Positions 13,697 to 27,099 of a DNA stretch of 64,000 bases are shown here, piece after piece (the stretch's first letter is position 1; each line of letters starts with the position of its first letter). The notes under the pieces are model-generated. The model had not been told where the DNA came from and ran no database searches. It saw only the letters and a list, made by a program, of their open reading frames with translations. The position numbers and the translations under genes were made by a program. Source of the DNA: Raillietiella orientalis (Eukaryota); NCBI GenBank assembly GCA_036172245.1, contig JAYWIR010000020.1, positions 1,984,001 through 2,048,000 of the forward strand, read 5' to 3'.

Positions 13697-16099
13697 CTGC
13701 AAAATTGGATTAACAGCACGTAAGACATCAAAGCATATCTCAAGAAAGACAAAGCGACGTGTTAAAGGTTAGAAACATGCGCGAGTCAAAGGATTGCAAG
13801 GGAGTCGAAGCGAAAGTTCCACTTCCACACCCTCATTTCTTGCTCTTAGATTTTCCAGGAACAGAACAGAATTCCTCAGAGTAGAGAATAAAGCATTTCA
13901 CGAACGAAGACGAGAAGATGCACGACATCTGAAACCATGCGCAGCCTCGCAGCCTTGCGCTTTGGTCTTCCGCGAAACAAGCGATTCAACGCGTTTCTTG
14001 GGAAGGAATCTCGAAGAGGGGAATTGTATTTCATGTATACCCAGCACCTTTGGAGCCGTCGCTCTTCCGCTACACGTCTGTCAAATGCAAAATTTATTTG
14101 TTTTCGTCGCAAATTTAGCGTTTCTTTTTCTTTTCTTTTGTTTTTTTTTCTTTTTCTTTTTCGGAGAAAGTGGACTGCATGCATCTTTGACGCACAATCC
14201 GTAATCAGGCTTCCCTTGAACTCTCCAGTTTCGAAGGTCAAGAAATCACAACGAAGCTATGCTGTCGCCAGAGCACAGTCCAGAGGATTCGAATGTTCCA
14301 ACGTGCGGATGGATGGCAATGGATTCGAAAGCACTGAATAAGAAAATTCGAATGATAGAAGAACGAAGCTGCGAAGATTGGTAAGCAGGCCAACCAAGTT
14401 AAAGAAAGGGTGAGATGGACCCAATTCAGCTCAAACGTGGAGAACGGTGTGAATCGTGCTGTCCTCAGAGATGAGAGATGCAGTTGCAGGGGACCGATTT
14501 TCATGAGTTAAAGGAGGAATGGAACTGTAGTGACCGAAAATAAGACAATACTATGATTGCAGATTTTCCAAGACTAATCCAAGCGAGGCAAAGTGACAAA
14601 GCAAAGGAGCAAAATCCCGATTGCATCACGCTAAAATGTGAACTTTATGCGCACCATCATGAGGATGAAACAGAGCATGGACCCCTTTCGTTCATTCATT
14701 ACATTCATTAGAATCATTAAAGAGTCGAAGCAGTTTTAGTGAGTGAGCACACCTGAAGCAATAATAAACTTGCCGTGAATCCAGGATTAGGATAAAAGGT
14801 TGGTGCTCTTCCCCAGAGATGTCTCTCAACTGGGGTACGAATGAATCAATTGATGTCAAAAGAACGGCCAAGGCTTACGTTCGGCTGTCTTTATGCGTGA
14901 ATGTCATGGCGAAAATTTAACCACATTTTCTTGGATCCCCGAGTTCTTTCGCTAGTGAAGGTTTTCTCGAGCATCAGTAAGAGCAATCAGCAAGAAAAGC
15001 TGGAATCACAGGCAGGAATGCTTATGGGGTGAGAAGCATCGTCCCTCAATGACGTATTTAAGGAAAATCTCAGTCGGCGCGGAGTGCAGTTTAGGGATAC
15101 TCGGAGAAAAGCATAAATTCTTGACAATCTCGAAAGCATAATACCACGGAAAATCCCCAAATGTGTTCTTCTCATCTTTTCCATAAAAAGGTATATCTCT
15201 AAGCAACTGCTACTAAAAGACCGACACGATTGTTTGCGAGGCAGCTGGCATTTTTCAAGAGTGTGACTAGAAATGGAATCGTGCGCACAGAAGCCAGGAA
15301 GGAAATCCCCGGGCCAGAGATTCCGATGGAGTCTTTGAAAAATGTTTGCGGGAACAGCGATCGCTTTTCCTTTCGCCTTGAATACGTCGTGGTTGAGATG
15401 TGTTCTGAGGTTGTAGCTGGGGTTTCAGTGCTCAGGAGAGGAGTAAAAGTCTGGCAATCGCCCCTAGGAGATCCAGGATTTTTATTCCTGGATATCCTAG
15501 ATTGCGAGCATCAGTAAGATTTCAGAGGGTTCTCGTCCCTCGGAAAGATGGTCAATCGAATGTTGCACAAACAACGCCTCATGCACGCACAAAAGCACAC
15601 ACAAGAAGAAGGAGAAGAAGAAAGAGAAGAAAGTTCTCCGGACTGCTCAGGAAACTTTCTTGTCCTTTTGTTGCCTTTGATTCCATACACAGAATCCTGC
15701 AGGAAGAAATGGAAACGAAGTATCCCGGCTCACAGGAAGGACGATTGAGCCCCGCGAAATCCCACTGATGAGCGCGAGATTTTGGATCGGCGGCTGGGAC
15801 CAGGTTCGTGCAGAGGTAGGTTACGCCTTCAAGACTGCAGTGAAGTGCAACTTCGAACTCAAAGAGGGGCGTCAAGAAAGACGACGGGGCTGCTCGGAGA
15901 GGGAAAAGGAAAGGATGAAGAACCTCGAAGCTTTTCATTGGGCATCGAAAGAGAAGAAATCGATAGCTAGAAACGGAAGTCGGTCTTTGCTTCTTTCGTA
16001 TTTTTTTTCTTCTTCTTCTTCTGATAAATTGGAGAGATGGGGAGGAAAAGCTGAAGGAAGCTCGTTTTTACAACTACAGATGTGCTGCGCGGGAGATGC

Positions 16100-17150
16100 G
16101 GAGGCGAAAAGGGAAGGTAGACTCTTGCACAAGGCAAATCTCGATCCCTGCATTCGCCTGGACCTAATGGACGAGGATGTCTGCTCCCCGGACCAGAGGT
16201 CGAGAGCAACTGAAGCAACTGAAACCGTGGAACCCAAGCCTCGGGTCGAGAGGCGCCATGTGACCAGCTGCAAACCTGCGCGGCTCAAACAGCTCGTGGG
16301 TTCGTTCCCAAAGGTGCACGAAGGCGCCTGGGTTGATTCCACCTCGGACCAGCCGCCTGGCACGCGCGACAGGCAGGGGCGCTCCTTTCCCAGTGGTCCA
16401 CGAGGAGGATGGATCTTAGCCGATCGCGCAAACCACGAACGGGAACGGGACGGAACGGAAGAATTCGCTGCGAATCCGCGGAACGGGCAAAGAGGCGCGT
16501 TCCGTCCTTGGCCCGTGGGAAGAACTTCCTGCGGACGGAGGAAACGTCGGCCGAATCGGGAGCGACCTTGCAAGGCTGTCCTCGCGTTCCCTCAAGGGCC
16601 GAGTTTCAGACCAAAATGGCGGAGGAGAGCCTCCTTCCACCCACGACCGGGGAGAGAACGCGAGCACAAGAGGTGACGTGGCCGCGAGCGTGACCTTGAA
16701 CGTCGAAACGAACCTGGAGAAGAACAAGCAAACAAACAGACATAAAGGAGTGCCTCCTCGGTAAGGAGAAGAGGACGAGGAAGAAAGGAATGGTCTTCGC
16801 ACGAGCCCTCGAGAGGGAAACTAGGAATTCGCATTGGAAGGCGTTGACAAGAGGAACAGAAAGAAACAACAGCTGTTGCCACTGGATGGAGGATTTTTCT
16901 TGGCTTCTGCGTCCCGAGACGGCGGGCCTTCATTGGCGTTTGACCTTCTCGCGCATGTGAAACAGGCAGAGATCGAAGCTGCCAACTCCTTGTCTCCCAG
17001 CTCTCTGTAAGACAGGCGGGATCGAGGAAAGTGCGGTCGTCAGGGTCCAAATGCAAAAAAAAAACGAGGGAGGAGGGTAATCCAGGAATCCTGGACAAGC
17101 GAGAAACGACCATTCGTTTCCAGTAGCGGAGACGCAGTCGACCGTTTCTC
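16100..17150 (-). mobile_element. Degenerate LINE ORF2 APE-endonuclease region
   Basis: Shares GGATTCCTGGATT with the endonuclease start at ~52,830; RGPG.W.N-like segment near 16,350; heavily frameshifted. Confidence 0.45.
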
Positions 17151-17389
17151 GTTCGCGCGGTTCCAATGGCACGGTCAAACAGTAGAAGAGCACTCCCTTG
17201 TTCTACCTGAAGGGCTGCAGACGGGGTGCAGTCCTTCCGGAAGGACGAGGCGGATGGCAATTTCTGACTAAATTCCTCCTCCAGCAAACTTTTCAAAGTT
17301 GCAATTTTTCAGCTCTTCCCGTTCCCTTGGTAACCCGTTGTGCGTACCATGAGCGGAGACCGTACGCGGTACCCGCAACGCTCGTTACC

Positions 17390-17735
17390 ATCTACGGTCT
17401 CCGTGCGGGGTGGCACCGAACGTCACGGGTTCGAATCATGCCCAGGGAGGGATCGAGACACCGAGAAATAGGAGGTGCGTAGTCATGAGTTTCGTGTCGC
17501 TCCCCCCCCCGCAGGATATGACGCTGGTTGGCCTTACGGGCTCCGGGTGTGGCGGCACCGGTGAAAGCAGTCCCGCTGATCGGCCGGGATTGGAAGTTGA
17601 CCGAAGTCCTTCCAGGACATCAAGGAGTCCTTCAGGATTCACCTCCACTTGCACAAATGGAGCCGCCCATCTCGTACAGTGGAGGAAACCAGGAGAGGAT
17701 CTTTTCTGGGGAGTCACTTCGGAGATAAAAACATG
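17390..17735 (+). mobile_element. tRNA-headed SINE-like repeat, copy A
   Basis: B-box-like GGTTCGAATCA at 17428-17438; body GGATATGACGCTGGTTGGCCTTACGGGCTCCGGGTG nearly identical to 50,245-50,280. Confidence 0.7.
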
Positions 17736-18069
17736 AGCTCTGATGGAAGTAACCAACCGGCGAGGTGTCATGAAAGACATTCGATGGTTTGGCTTCCCAG
17801 GATGGCTTGGAAAAAAAATAAAAATAGAAAAGAGACATCTGCGTCGTTTTTATCCCCCCCCCCCCCCCCCTCGAAAAGGACTTGGAAACCCAGAGCGATT
17901 TCCTGTCTGTACCGCTCTTGCAAAGATCGAAACCTCTGCATTTCCCCTTGGAAACAAACTACGTCCGTTGCGTGTCTAAGAGATGCGGATCACCTCCTTC
18001 GTATCTCGTTTTCGCCAGCGGCTTTCCTTAGAGTTGTCGCTCGGATGCACCGGAGCATTAATTTGGTAT

Positions 18070-19980
18070 AAAAATAAATATTCACCATTTTTGTGTGGTA
18101 GGACCAGTGGTCCAACCACGCCCATTCCAAAGAGAACCTGCTGGGTAACGGGTACGCAGACCGGTGAGGTTCTCCACGGCAGCGGAGGAGAAGGGGAGAA
18201 GTCAAACAATCAGAAAAATAAGTAAATAAATAACCTTGGAAGGGTGCGGGAAGGGATGAGGTCCTGCTGCGGGAGATCCTCTGCATCCTTAGGAGGATGC
18301 CGGCAAGCTCTTGCTGCACGCAGTCCTTCAGGTGGCGCCATCTCGCTGCCATCCTCGTGAAGCGGACGACGAAATGGATGTGTGGCACTGGCACCCCTGC
18401 CGCTCAGTCCTCCTCTTGCGAATCACTCCAGGCAGCAACGATTCCGCGCAGACAGCAGAGGGCTGCAGTCGAAGGAGACCGCGTAGGAGGAGGGGTCGTA
18501 AAGGTGGTAAAGCGTCCCTGGAGTTGCCGCCGGAGGTTCCTAGGGTCGCGGCAAAACGTTCCCAGAGGGGCCGGAGGGCAACAACGCAATCCACGAGCAG
18601 ATGAGGGAAGGATTCGTGCTTTCCGCACCTGCCCCAGTTGGGATCCACCCGTTCCTTCCCAATGTCCAGTGATGCCGGCGGACGTTGCATGGGAGACCCC
18701 AGTGCAGCAGCAGCAGCGCCGACTTCCGCCACTTCAAGGGGATGGTGTGTCTGTCCAAAAGCACTGAAGACCATTGCAGATGTTCCTCCGGAATATCCAG
18801 CAGCTCGCCTCTGAGCAGAAGCCCTCGTAGGGGTGGGGACTTGTGGGGAGTCGCAGCGTCTGTGAGCTGGCCCGTCGTCCTCTTCATGCCGTCTTCTTCT
18901 CCCACCGGAGCTTTCCATGGATACCTCTTATCTTTTCGGAATGCTGCTGTCTGGGTGTTCCCTCAGGGAGGGCAGCGCCGCGGAAAGGGAGGTTCTTCCT
19001 ACGCACGCTCTTATCCCAGGATGTTCGAGGATCTCCCGGAGCGAGCAGCTCCTGTAAGGCGCCGCAAAGGAATGCAGCCGGGCATCGTTCTTGGTTCCTC
19101 GCCCCACGTGCGAACGGTTTCCTCCAGCCAGGCATTACCGTTCGCAGGGAAGCAGGAGATCTCGGTATCGTCGGCCCTCGTGAGGGTTGCCACCCGCTGG
19201 AGCTGCAGCTCGCAGTAGGAGAGGCTGCGTCGAAAGCTTCCCTTAGAGAGGGAGAGCAGCATTTCAGATAGGCAGTTGCCCTGGCATCCGACGTCAGATG
19301 AAGCTGCGAGTTAAATTTTCCCTTTGCACCCAGCTGGTCGCACGAAACAGCGAAGTTTTCAGAATTTCAGCCGAACCGCGTGCTTTCTTTGCGGCGGCGA
19401 TTCATTCTTCGGGGCGAATGGTGAAGACGATGCGGGGCTGGGCGCACTCGCCCACACACTCATCCACGGTAGCACCGACGTAATCTCGTGAGTTGGCGGG
19501 TGGGATTTCGCATTGCGATAACAGCTCCACGCGAGTTCGGTCTTCGGCTTCGCGGTTCCTTCGCCTTGAGACTTTGTCGTATGAGCTCGGCAGGTGCGCT
19601 CATGGAGTCTGAGGAGAAGGACAGGAGGATCGCTCACATGATCTCCCCCCGCCCCCCACTCTCTGCCCTTGGTCAGAGAGAGAGAGTTGACTTGTTCGGC
19701 AGCCCTTTCGCCGCCGTATCTATTTCCAGCCTTTCGGAACTTTCGGTAAATGGAATGAGGACATCAAGCCAAAGGGTACTTGGATGGGAGGAGAGAACGA
19801 CTTGTGCGGACTCTTCCGGAGAACCGAATGAAACCTGCGAGCCTCAGCATGTATTGAACCTGCGGAGGAATCGCATACCCGTCGAGCGTGGGGCGCGACT
19901 GGCTGGCAGTGCGGACGCAATGTCATCTCCGAACAAAAGTACCGAGCAACCGGAACGAACGTGCACGCCATCTTCCGCTG
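18070..19980 (-). mobile_element. L1/Tx1-like LINE 3' half (RT catalytic region, zf-RVT, 3' UTR), degenerate
   Basis: VLLFGDDIAS (YADD-like, ~19,930), FLRRFNTC*GSQVS, TEISCFPANGNAWLEETVRTWGE, and VDPNWGRCGKHESFPHLLVDCVVALRPLWERF (zf-RVT). Homologous to 11,830-13,310. Confidence 0.85.
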
Positions 19981-19984
19981 TTGC

Positions 19985-20700
19985 CGTTAGCTTGCTCCAA
20001 GTGCTGAAGAACCGTTCACCGCCTTGGGGGGGAGGTCATTGAGATCTTTCAAGGACTGCCCACGACCACCCGAGAGTGCGCGGATCTCTTCAAGATAGGG
20101 GGGGCAACCCCGTAAAGACCACTCTATGGACCCTACGGGAACCTTTCTCTCTTGCTCTTGGTAGGTAGATCTTCTGAACCCTTCCAAATTTTCTCCGAAG
20201 GGCTCTTCACGCAGGCAGCAGCGCGCTTCTTGACATTCTGGAGAGATATCGATCCACCAGCTCCAGGGAACGCGATGGAGGGTCCGCCTCCGGAAGGAAG
20301 GAAGAAAAGGGGTGGGGGAACGCCTCCATTTTCACAACCTTAGGGAACCAACCGGTTTCTCCCTGATTTCTGGAAGGACCTCGGAGGATCAGCTTCCAAT
20401 CCCGGCTGGTCAGCTGGGACATCCGTTGACTGGCCGGGATTGGACCAAAGTATTGGTATTAATTCATAAAATCATCCAATTAGCATCGGATGCTACACTT
20501 TGATCCAATCCCGGCCAGTCGACATCCGGTTTCCGGCTGCTTCCGCCAGCACCGCATCCGAAGCTTGCAAGGCCAGCCAGCGTCATCTTGCGGCCGGTTC
20601 CACTTAACACTGTACCAGCGGTCGGCCCATGTCCTGGTTCCTCCGCTCGTGCCCGGTTCTGTGTCCGGTCCGTCGGCAGTCTTTCCATCTCGTGGCGTCC
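19985..20700 (-). mobile_element. SINE-like repeat body, copy B (no recognisable tRNA head)
   Basis: GATGACGCTGGCTGGCCTT..., CCGGGATTGGAAG...GGTCCTTCCAG and CGGTTCTTCAGCACT match copies at 17,510-17,640 and 50,245-50,970. Confidence 0.65.
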
Positions 20701-22887
20701 GCGTGAGCAAGAATGGGGTTTCCGGCGCCAACCGGGAACAGGAATGATTCCAGGATCTCTACGCTGCTCCTCGCTCGCACCAAAGGACCGCTTTGGTTCC
20801 TAAAAAGTGGCACTGCTTCTCAACCCCTTTATTTAGCTCCTCGGAAAGGAAGTCCCAAAGTCATTAAATTGCATCGTTCATCGAAACGTGAAAGGAAGAA
20901 AAATAAACGGAAATGACAGCGAATGATGCTTTAGAGGAAGGAGGTATTTTTGAAGCTAATTAGCACTGTTAGCAATCCAAATGAAAACCATTAGACAGTA
21001 TTCTGAACTCAAAACAAGTTAACAGGATTATCCAAAAAATAATGGAGGCAAATAATTGGTGATTTGTTTATTATTTTTACCCAATTTATTGTGTGGATCA
21101 TCTTGAAGCCCGATGTTACGAAACTAATAAAACCACTCAACTTCGTTTCTGAACTTTGAAAGCGAATTCCCCGGTTCTTCTTATTCGGAAATTTGCAAAC
21201 TGGGAAGGGCAGGCATGGCACGGGAAACGGATGACGTCACTGTTTCGTAGAATCCTACCCAGAACCGTGGCGCACTATAAATAGCTTGCTCCTAGCTAAA
21301 AATAGAAAGGATTCTTCTATATCCCAAGTGCAGGCGACGTTGTTTGATCGGCGTGCCTGCAGTCTTCCTCTTCGGGAGCAGTTCAGTGTTGCAAAGTGTA
21401 CGTTCCCTTTTTCGAACCGATTGTACAAAAAAAGTGCCAATTCGCTGCTTTTTGCCGGAAGCGATGTCCTAGGAAGGTTCAGGTACTTTGGCGCACGGGT
21501 GTAAGATGATTGAAATGGATGTGCTCGATCACGCAATGCCGCCTTGAGTTTCCCACTCGGTTTTTATTCCATTTGAATGACCATTTCAACGCCCCTTGTC
21601 CAGGAATTCTTAGGGAGCATCTGGAGGAGCAGACAAACTCCCCGCCAAAAATTCCAGATTCTCAAATTGGCTTCGTCTTCGGCTTTTCAAGTATGCAAAT
21701 ATGAATGTATAATGGCTTTTTTTTTGTTTTTTTTGTTTTCAAAATCATCATCAGTGTAATGCAGCCTTATTGATGAAAACCGAAGCTGATTGCATGTGTG
21801 TGCATAACGTGCTAAATACATTCACGTGCACTGTGTAAGGAGACGAATATTCACTATGCATATTTTGCCTGTATACATAAAGTGCATTTATCTTTCCATT
21901 TATGTATATAGCATGATATAAATATGCTGCATTTACACAGAAGGTGTACCAATAGCATTATCAGCGAAGAACAGCAACCTAATTCTTGTAAAGGATCCCA
22001 TTAGCTATGAACCCTACACAAAAACGTTTCCACAGTTGTGGTCATTTGTTCAAACAATCAAACTGATTTTCCAAAAATTCGCCATTTTTTTTTTTTTGGA
22101 GCAGCTTGGTCCAGGCTGCTCAACAATTCGGTAACTAATAGTAACGGCGGACGCCGAGTGAAAATCAGTGAATCCATCGATGAAGGCATAAGAAATCAGA
22201 TGTCTTCCGGATGTCTTTCGTCATTACTCGATTTTTTGGAACAGTGGCAACTGCCAGTGGATCTCACTGAGCAAGTCACTCCGTTTTTAATGTAAGAATT
22301 CGTGGCTTTCGAGAGGAAGGACCACCGTGGCCTTGGAGGAAGATTCTCGTGCATTTCGAAGAAAATCCAGAGTCCCTGGTTGTTCTCAGCGCCATGGACC
22401 GGCAAATTTTTGTAAACGTCCCGACCACGAAACTTTAAACATCATGAAATGGTAGTGATGTTTGAAATTCAGTCTCTCAAGGTAAGGACGTTCTGGAGTG
22501 CTCGATGATGTGTCAGCCGAGATTGACGGAAGATGTATCATAATTATCAGTAATTATCCCAGTAAAGTGCCACCGAGCAATGAATAATTAGTCCACTCCA
22601 GTCTTTTTTTTTGTTTTCTGGAAATTTAGACATGCACCAGAATCCGCCTCCGGAAAACCAAAGGACCAGAAAAAAATGTTGGCAGATCTTGCAAAGTGTA
22701 GTGTTCTGCAGATTTTTTTTTTTCATGTGTTCCTCGTTGTGTTAGTTCATTTTACACTAGTAGTGACTAAAATGTCATTACTATAAAGCTGCTGTGTTTT
22801 CCATTTGTAATTAAGGAACTTTGTTATTCTGGAGCAATCATTATGCTGCAAGCAATCAAAGGCATTTAAAAAATATGTGTGTGAATG

Positions 22888-22888
<1 letters not shown>

Positions 22889-22936
<48 letters not shown>
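22889..22936. repeat. (TG)24 microsatellite
   Basis: Direct reading. Confidence 0.97.
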
Positions 22937-22937
<1 letters not shown>

Positions 22938-25900
22938 ATTTTGTAATTGTGTAGTACAGTGCTTGAAACGTAAGAAGGCCGCACATACTTAATAGTAATT
23001 TAATTTCAACTCCTTTCTTTTAGTTTCATATGAATTTCCTGATGATAAAAGTTACGGTTAGCAAAAACCGTTCCGTGCTTGCTACCTCCCTTCCTCGATG
23101 GTTCCAGAAAAACACTTAATACTTGTACTTAAAAAGAAATCAGAACTAGAGAAACACACACACAAGAAAAGACCCGAGTAGCTTTTTCGTTGGCTCTGAC
23201 AATCCCAACGCAGTGATTCTTTTCGGAGGAAACGAAATGGTCAGAATACATCACTGCTAAAGGAAATATGGAGTCCATGTGCAAAGCAAACCGAGAGCCA
23301 ATGCAAGGCTGCATCAACACGGAAAAGGAGTGTAGCATCTGAGCAGTCAGCTAATTAAGAAAAGTACTGTGTGAGAGGAGATGGCAGTTCGGAGTCCCAG
23401 GGTGGAAACTGCCCTGGGACTGCAAGAAATGCCGAAGCCTTCCACAGTGAATGCACTAGGCTCACTATGCAAAGTGTTTCGTGAGACACTGAGATGTGAA
23501 CGGCAAAGGGACTCTCTGCCAGGGCTGTCGATCAAATTCGTTCAGTCAATTCACGCATTTTCATTCGTCAACACAGTTATCCCATGAACACTATCGTTTT
23601 AAAAAAAAAAAAAAAAATACCGAAATTTCGTGGGTTTCTTTTTTATATCTGAATCTTATGCCATGTCAGGTTTGCATTTAAATTCAGTTCATTTTTTCAA
23701 GGATCGCACACAGGGAATGCCTTTTTTTTTTTTTTTTTTTTGAAGAATTCTCGATCTGAACGGACTGCAACGGATGCCATACGTCCACGTCCATGTCAAA
23801 TTGCCAAGCACGATTTAAACTGTGGCTACCCTGTCGCCACGCGAAAAATTTTCACAAGTTGCATCTCAAGGATTACATTTCAAGACACCTGCCGAATAAT
23901 TATCCCTGGGAAAGAGGCTAACGAGAAACGTTCGGGACGGGAAAGATGGAAGGCAGATCTGCACACGATTGCGCAAGACGGTCGGTGGGTGCGTTTCTTC
24001 CGATAAAGAGTGAGATGCGAAATTTCGCGAATAATTTGTTTTTCTGCCCCTGATTTGCGCGTGTTGCTGCTGGGGGAAGTATTGCTCTAAGAGCTGGAAA
24101 GGTCAGCTAGCTTTTGAGAAGGACTTTGAGCCCATGTAAGGCTCGAGGAAACGTTGGGAAACGTTGGGACTGCTTCACTTCGTACGATCGAAACGCGGTA
24201 TCCCTGAATGGTCAGAGGAAAACCACAATTCCAAGCATCTTTGATGGGGGAGGATTAATTTTAATTAGGTGGCCTTCCACAAGCTCAGTTTCCTGGCAAA
24301 ACTGGAGATGGTTGGATATCTTCGTTCTGCCGAAGAGTCGAAAGCGATCTCGTCTAAATGAAAGCTAAACATTCCCTGCTCCTTGAGCAGCAAGAAAAGT
24401 GTGAAGAGCGCTCTAAGAGTCGCTCAGCCATCTAGGCAAGGCTATCTGTCAGCACCCAAGCATCCGAAAGCTTTAATAGAGTGCGCCAGTTCTTCAACGG
24501 TTCTTCAGCAGCGTGATGACGCTTCCCGCTGGAAGGTGCTTGCTTACGTGCGAACTGAGGGTGCGTAGTGGGGCGGGATTGCATGTGATCAAAGTGTAAA
24601 GTGTACCACACAGTCTGTGACCCCTCCAAGACAGCTTATCAGGTTACTGCGGCAGGATTTCGACATTCGAGATGCCAAAGATTGACTGCGTAAATATAAA
24701 CCTCTTCATGGAGGACAGAGCTAAGCATTCTACAGCTAAGGATCCTAGAGTGATCAACGTACTCTCGATTAGGAAGTCTTCATGAAAGTTTATTCAAAAA
24801 ATGCGTTTTCTTTGAAATGACCTCTTCGTCCGCGAAGCCCTTCATTTTTGAATCGCTCTCTGAAGATCTGGATCCAGAATCCTGCAGTAAGCACCTCAGC
24901 ATGAGAAAGAGAGTTTTCTGGATAGAAGGGATCTCCGAAAGCGGCTGCTGAAAACAAAAAGCAGTGCAACTTTCGTTCCCTCTGCAGTTTTATCTTTTGT
25001 GGTTTTGCCAACGGTACTCTGCCCACGTGATGGTTATTCATCGTACTTCCTGGTTGAAACGGAGCATTTTTCTCTCAAGAAAACCCAGCTGCATTTCAGG
25101 GAAAGAGAAATTTCGTCAAGGAATTTGAAAGACGATTCTCCAGAGGCATGAATCATGATCCATCCTGGAACATGGTCTTGAAGTTCTTCGGCAATTTGCA
25201 GGATGCATGGATTTGCGATCTGCGACTGTAGAGGGAAGGGGAACCTGTTCCTATCTTTCCTTATATATATATATATAAACATATATATACAGATGTAAAA
25301 AATCAATTGCTCTTGGAATCTCATTCATTAAAGAAAGGGGAACACTTGCATTTAAGGTCATCGCAGAAATATAAATATGCAGCAGATCCGTAATCTATAT
25401 GATTATCATTACTACTCATACTGGCATCTGATTAATAATAAGCAATCTTTTAGAGGAATTATTAGGATATGTCGGAGTAAGGTGAATAGCATCTTAACAT
25501 CCACTAGAAGTGGAAAAGCCTTAGCAGGGAAGAATTTTGCAAAGTTGGATAAGAGACAAACTAATGAGCTTTCACAGAGCACAAGAAATGATTCGACAGA
25601 GAGATAACCTCCGACATGTTCTCGGAACTACCTCTTTCGATGTAGGCAGAAACCTTCAAATCGGAAGGAAGGAAGCGGAAAAAAAAAAAGACACAAAAGT
25701 ATTGCATAATGAAATGAAAAAACCCGAGACATCGTTTCTCTCGTGGTCGCTTCGCGAGAATCGTCGATGATCTCACCGCTGGTACCGTGGATTCGAATCC
25801 TTACGTCTTCATTACCAATAGCTTCAAGACTGCTAGAGGAATCATTTCCGTCATTTCCAAATCACTGTCACCGCCATTTTCCCTTTGATTCGGGGCGTAT

Positions 25901-26224
25901 GACTGAGGCGTCAGCTAGAAAACTTTTCCGTTTCATTCCAAACTTGACCACGCGGCTTTGACCGCATGGATTGAAAAAAAAAAAAAAAATTTGAATCTTC
26001 ACCTCTATTCGGAGAACTGCAACAGTTCTGGCAGGCGTGGGGCGCACGTTTTCAACCTGAATTAACCCTAGAAGGGTGGTTTGACGATTCTGTGCATAAA
26101 TGGTTAAGTGGTGTCATATAGGACACCAATTAAAATAATTATAAGCATTCAATAATTTTTCGTGATCACTTGAGCATTTTGTTAATGAATTACAATCATC
26201 TTTACAAATCATGAAGTATAATAA

Positions 26225-27043
26225 TTACAGTAACGTGAGTGGGGAGTCACAGTAAGGTGGAGACAACAAAGGGAGTGCAATGTAGAGTCTACACTTAGGG
26301 AAGTTATTTCTTCTTGGTTGTTCTAGTTGATTACCGTGGGGGTGCAGAGGTTCTGGGACGAGACCAGGGTGCAGGGGCAAGGCGGCTTTCAGCTGCTGGT
26401 TCTTCGGGCTCAGACTCGGACTCACTATGTTCGCTTGAGTTCGCCCGAGTTCGTTACGAGTAGTGACACCTACGTGATGGTTGCAAAGCCACCACAAGGC
26501 TTTAGTCGCCACAATTAGAGCCAGCATGTGCCGTGCAAGCTCATTGTTCTGATAACCATTGACTATGTTACACTGATCTGGGTTCAGTTCTATGTTCACT
26601 TGACTGAAGAACCAGTCTTCGTCGGGTACATGCTGCTCATGTTTTTTTTGAATACGTAATAATCCGTGACTAAAAAGCGCATGTAGACCAGTGATGAAGT
26701 ATTTCTTGAAAGTAACCGATGCTGAGTGTGTACTTAAGTACCACGCACAAGCCAACGTAAACGCCATCTTCCAGGTTGCGCCGCGTACGTAAAATACAGG
26801 CATGAGCTTCGCATCAGCACCAGTAGTAGTGGAGGGAGTAGTAATTCCGACTTCGACGTCTCCATCTAAGGGTGGCAGTGCAAAAATGAAGCTGGCATTT
26901 ACGCGCAGCATAGCCGCTTGCTCCTCGTTGAGAGGCTCTATCATATCATGCCGATCTCGGATGAAGAATCGTTGGTTTTGCTGTCGTTAAGCAATCGACA
27001 GAGCAAGTTCTCGAGATGAACGGCAGACTCTGAATCGTCTCAT
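26225..27043 (-). pseudogene. Endogenous viral element, probable qinvirus-like (Qinviridae) nucleoprotein
   Basis: Intronless 239-aa ORF (26,225-26,944) that extends upstream in frame through one TAA (26,987-26,989) to an ATG at 27,043. Contains LIVATKALWWLCNHHVG, matching the ATKx(N/L)WWxxNHHxG motif I recall from qinvirus segment-2 proteins; no LINE motifs inside. Confidence 0.6.
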
Positions 27044-27099
27044 TGAACCATGTCCACAGCTACTTGGTCGTGACACGAAATTCTTCCTTTACGTCCTCT

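Noticed and set aside
14600..15500. Possible minus-strand endonuclease remnant (GDF, PT...LD-like)
   Set aside because: Motifs too short and degenerate to support a call.
12162..20800. Many long overlapping ORFs on both strands (e.g. 12179-12997, 15768-16676, 16592-17296)
   Set aside because: By-products of GC-rich decayed LINE/SINE sequence; real motifs are scattered across frames.
24560..25650. Coding-looking stretches (PPRQLIRLLRQDFDIRD; LQSWIRDKLMSFHRAQEM) as a possible third EVE
   Set aside because: No diagnostic motif recognised; needs a frameshift-aware BLASTx.
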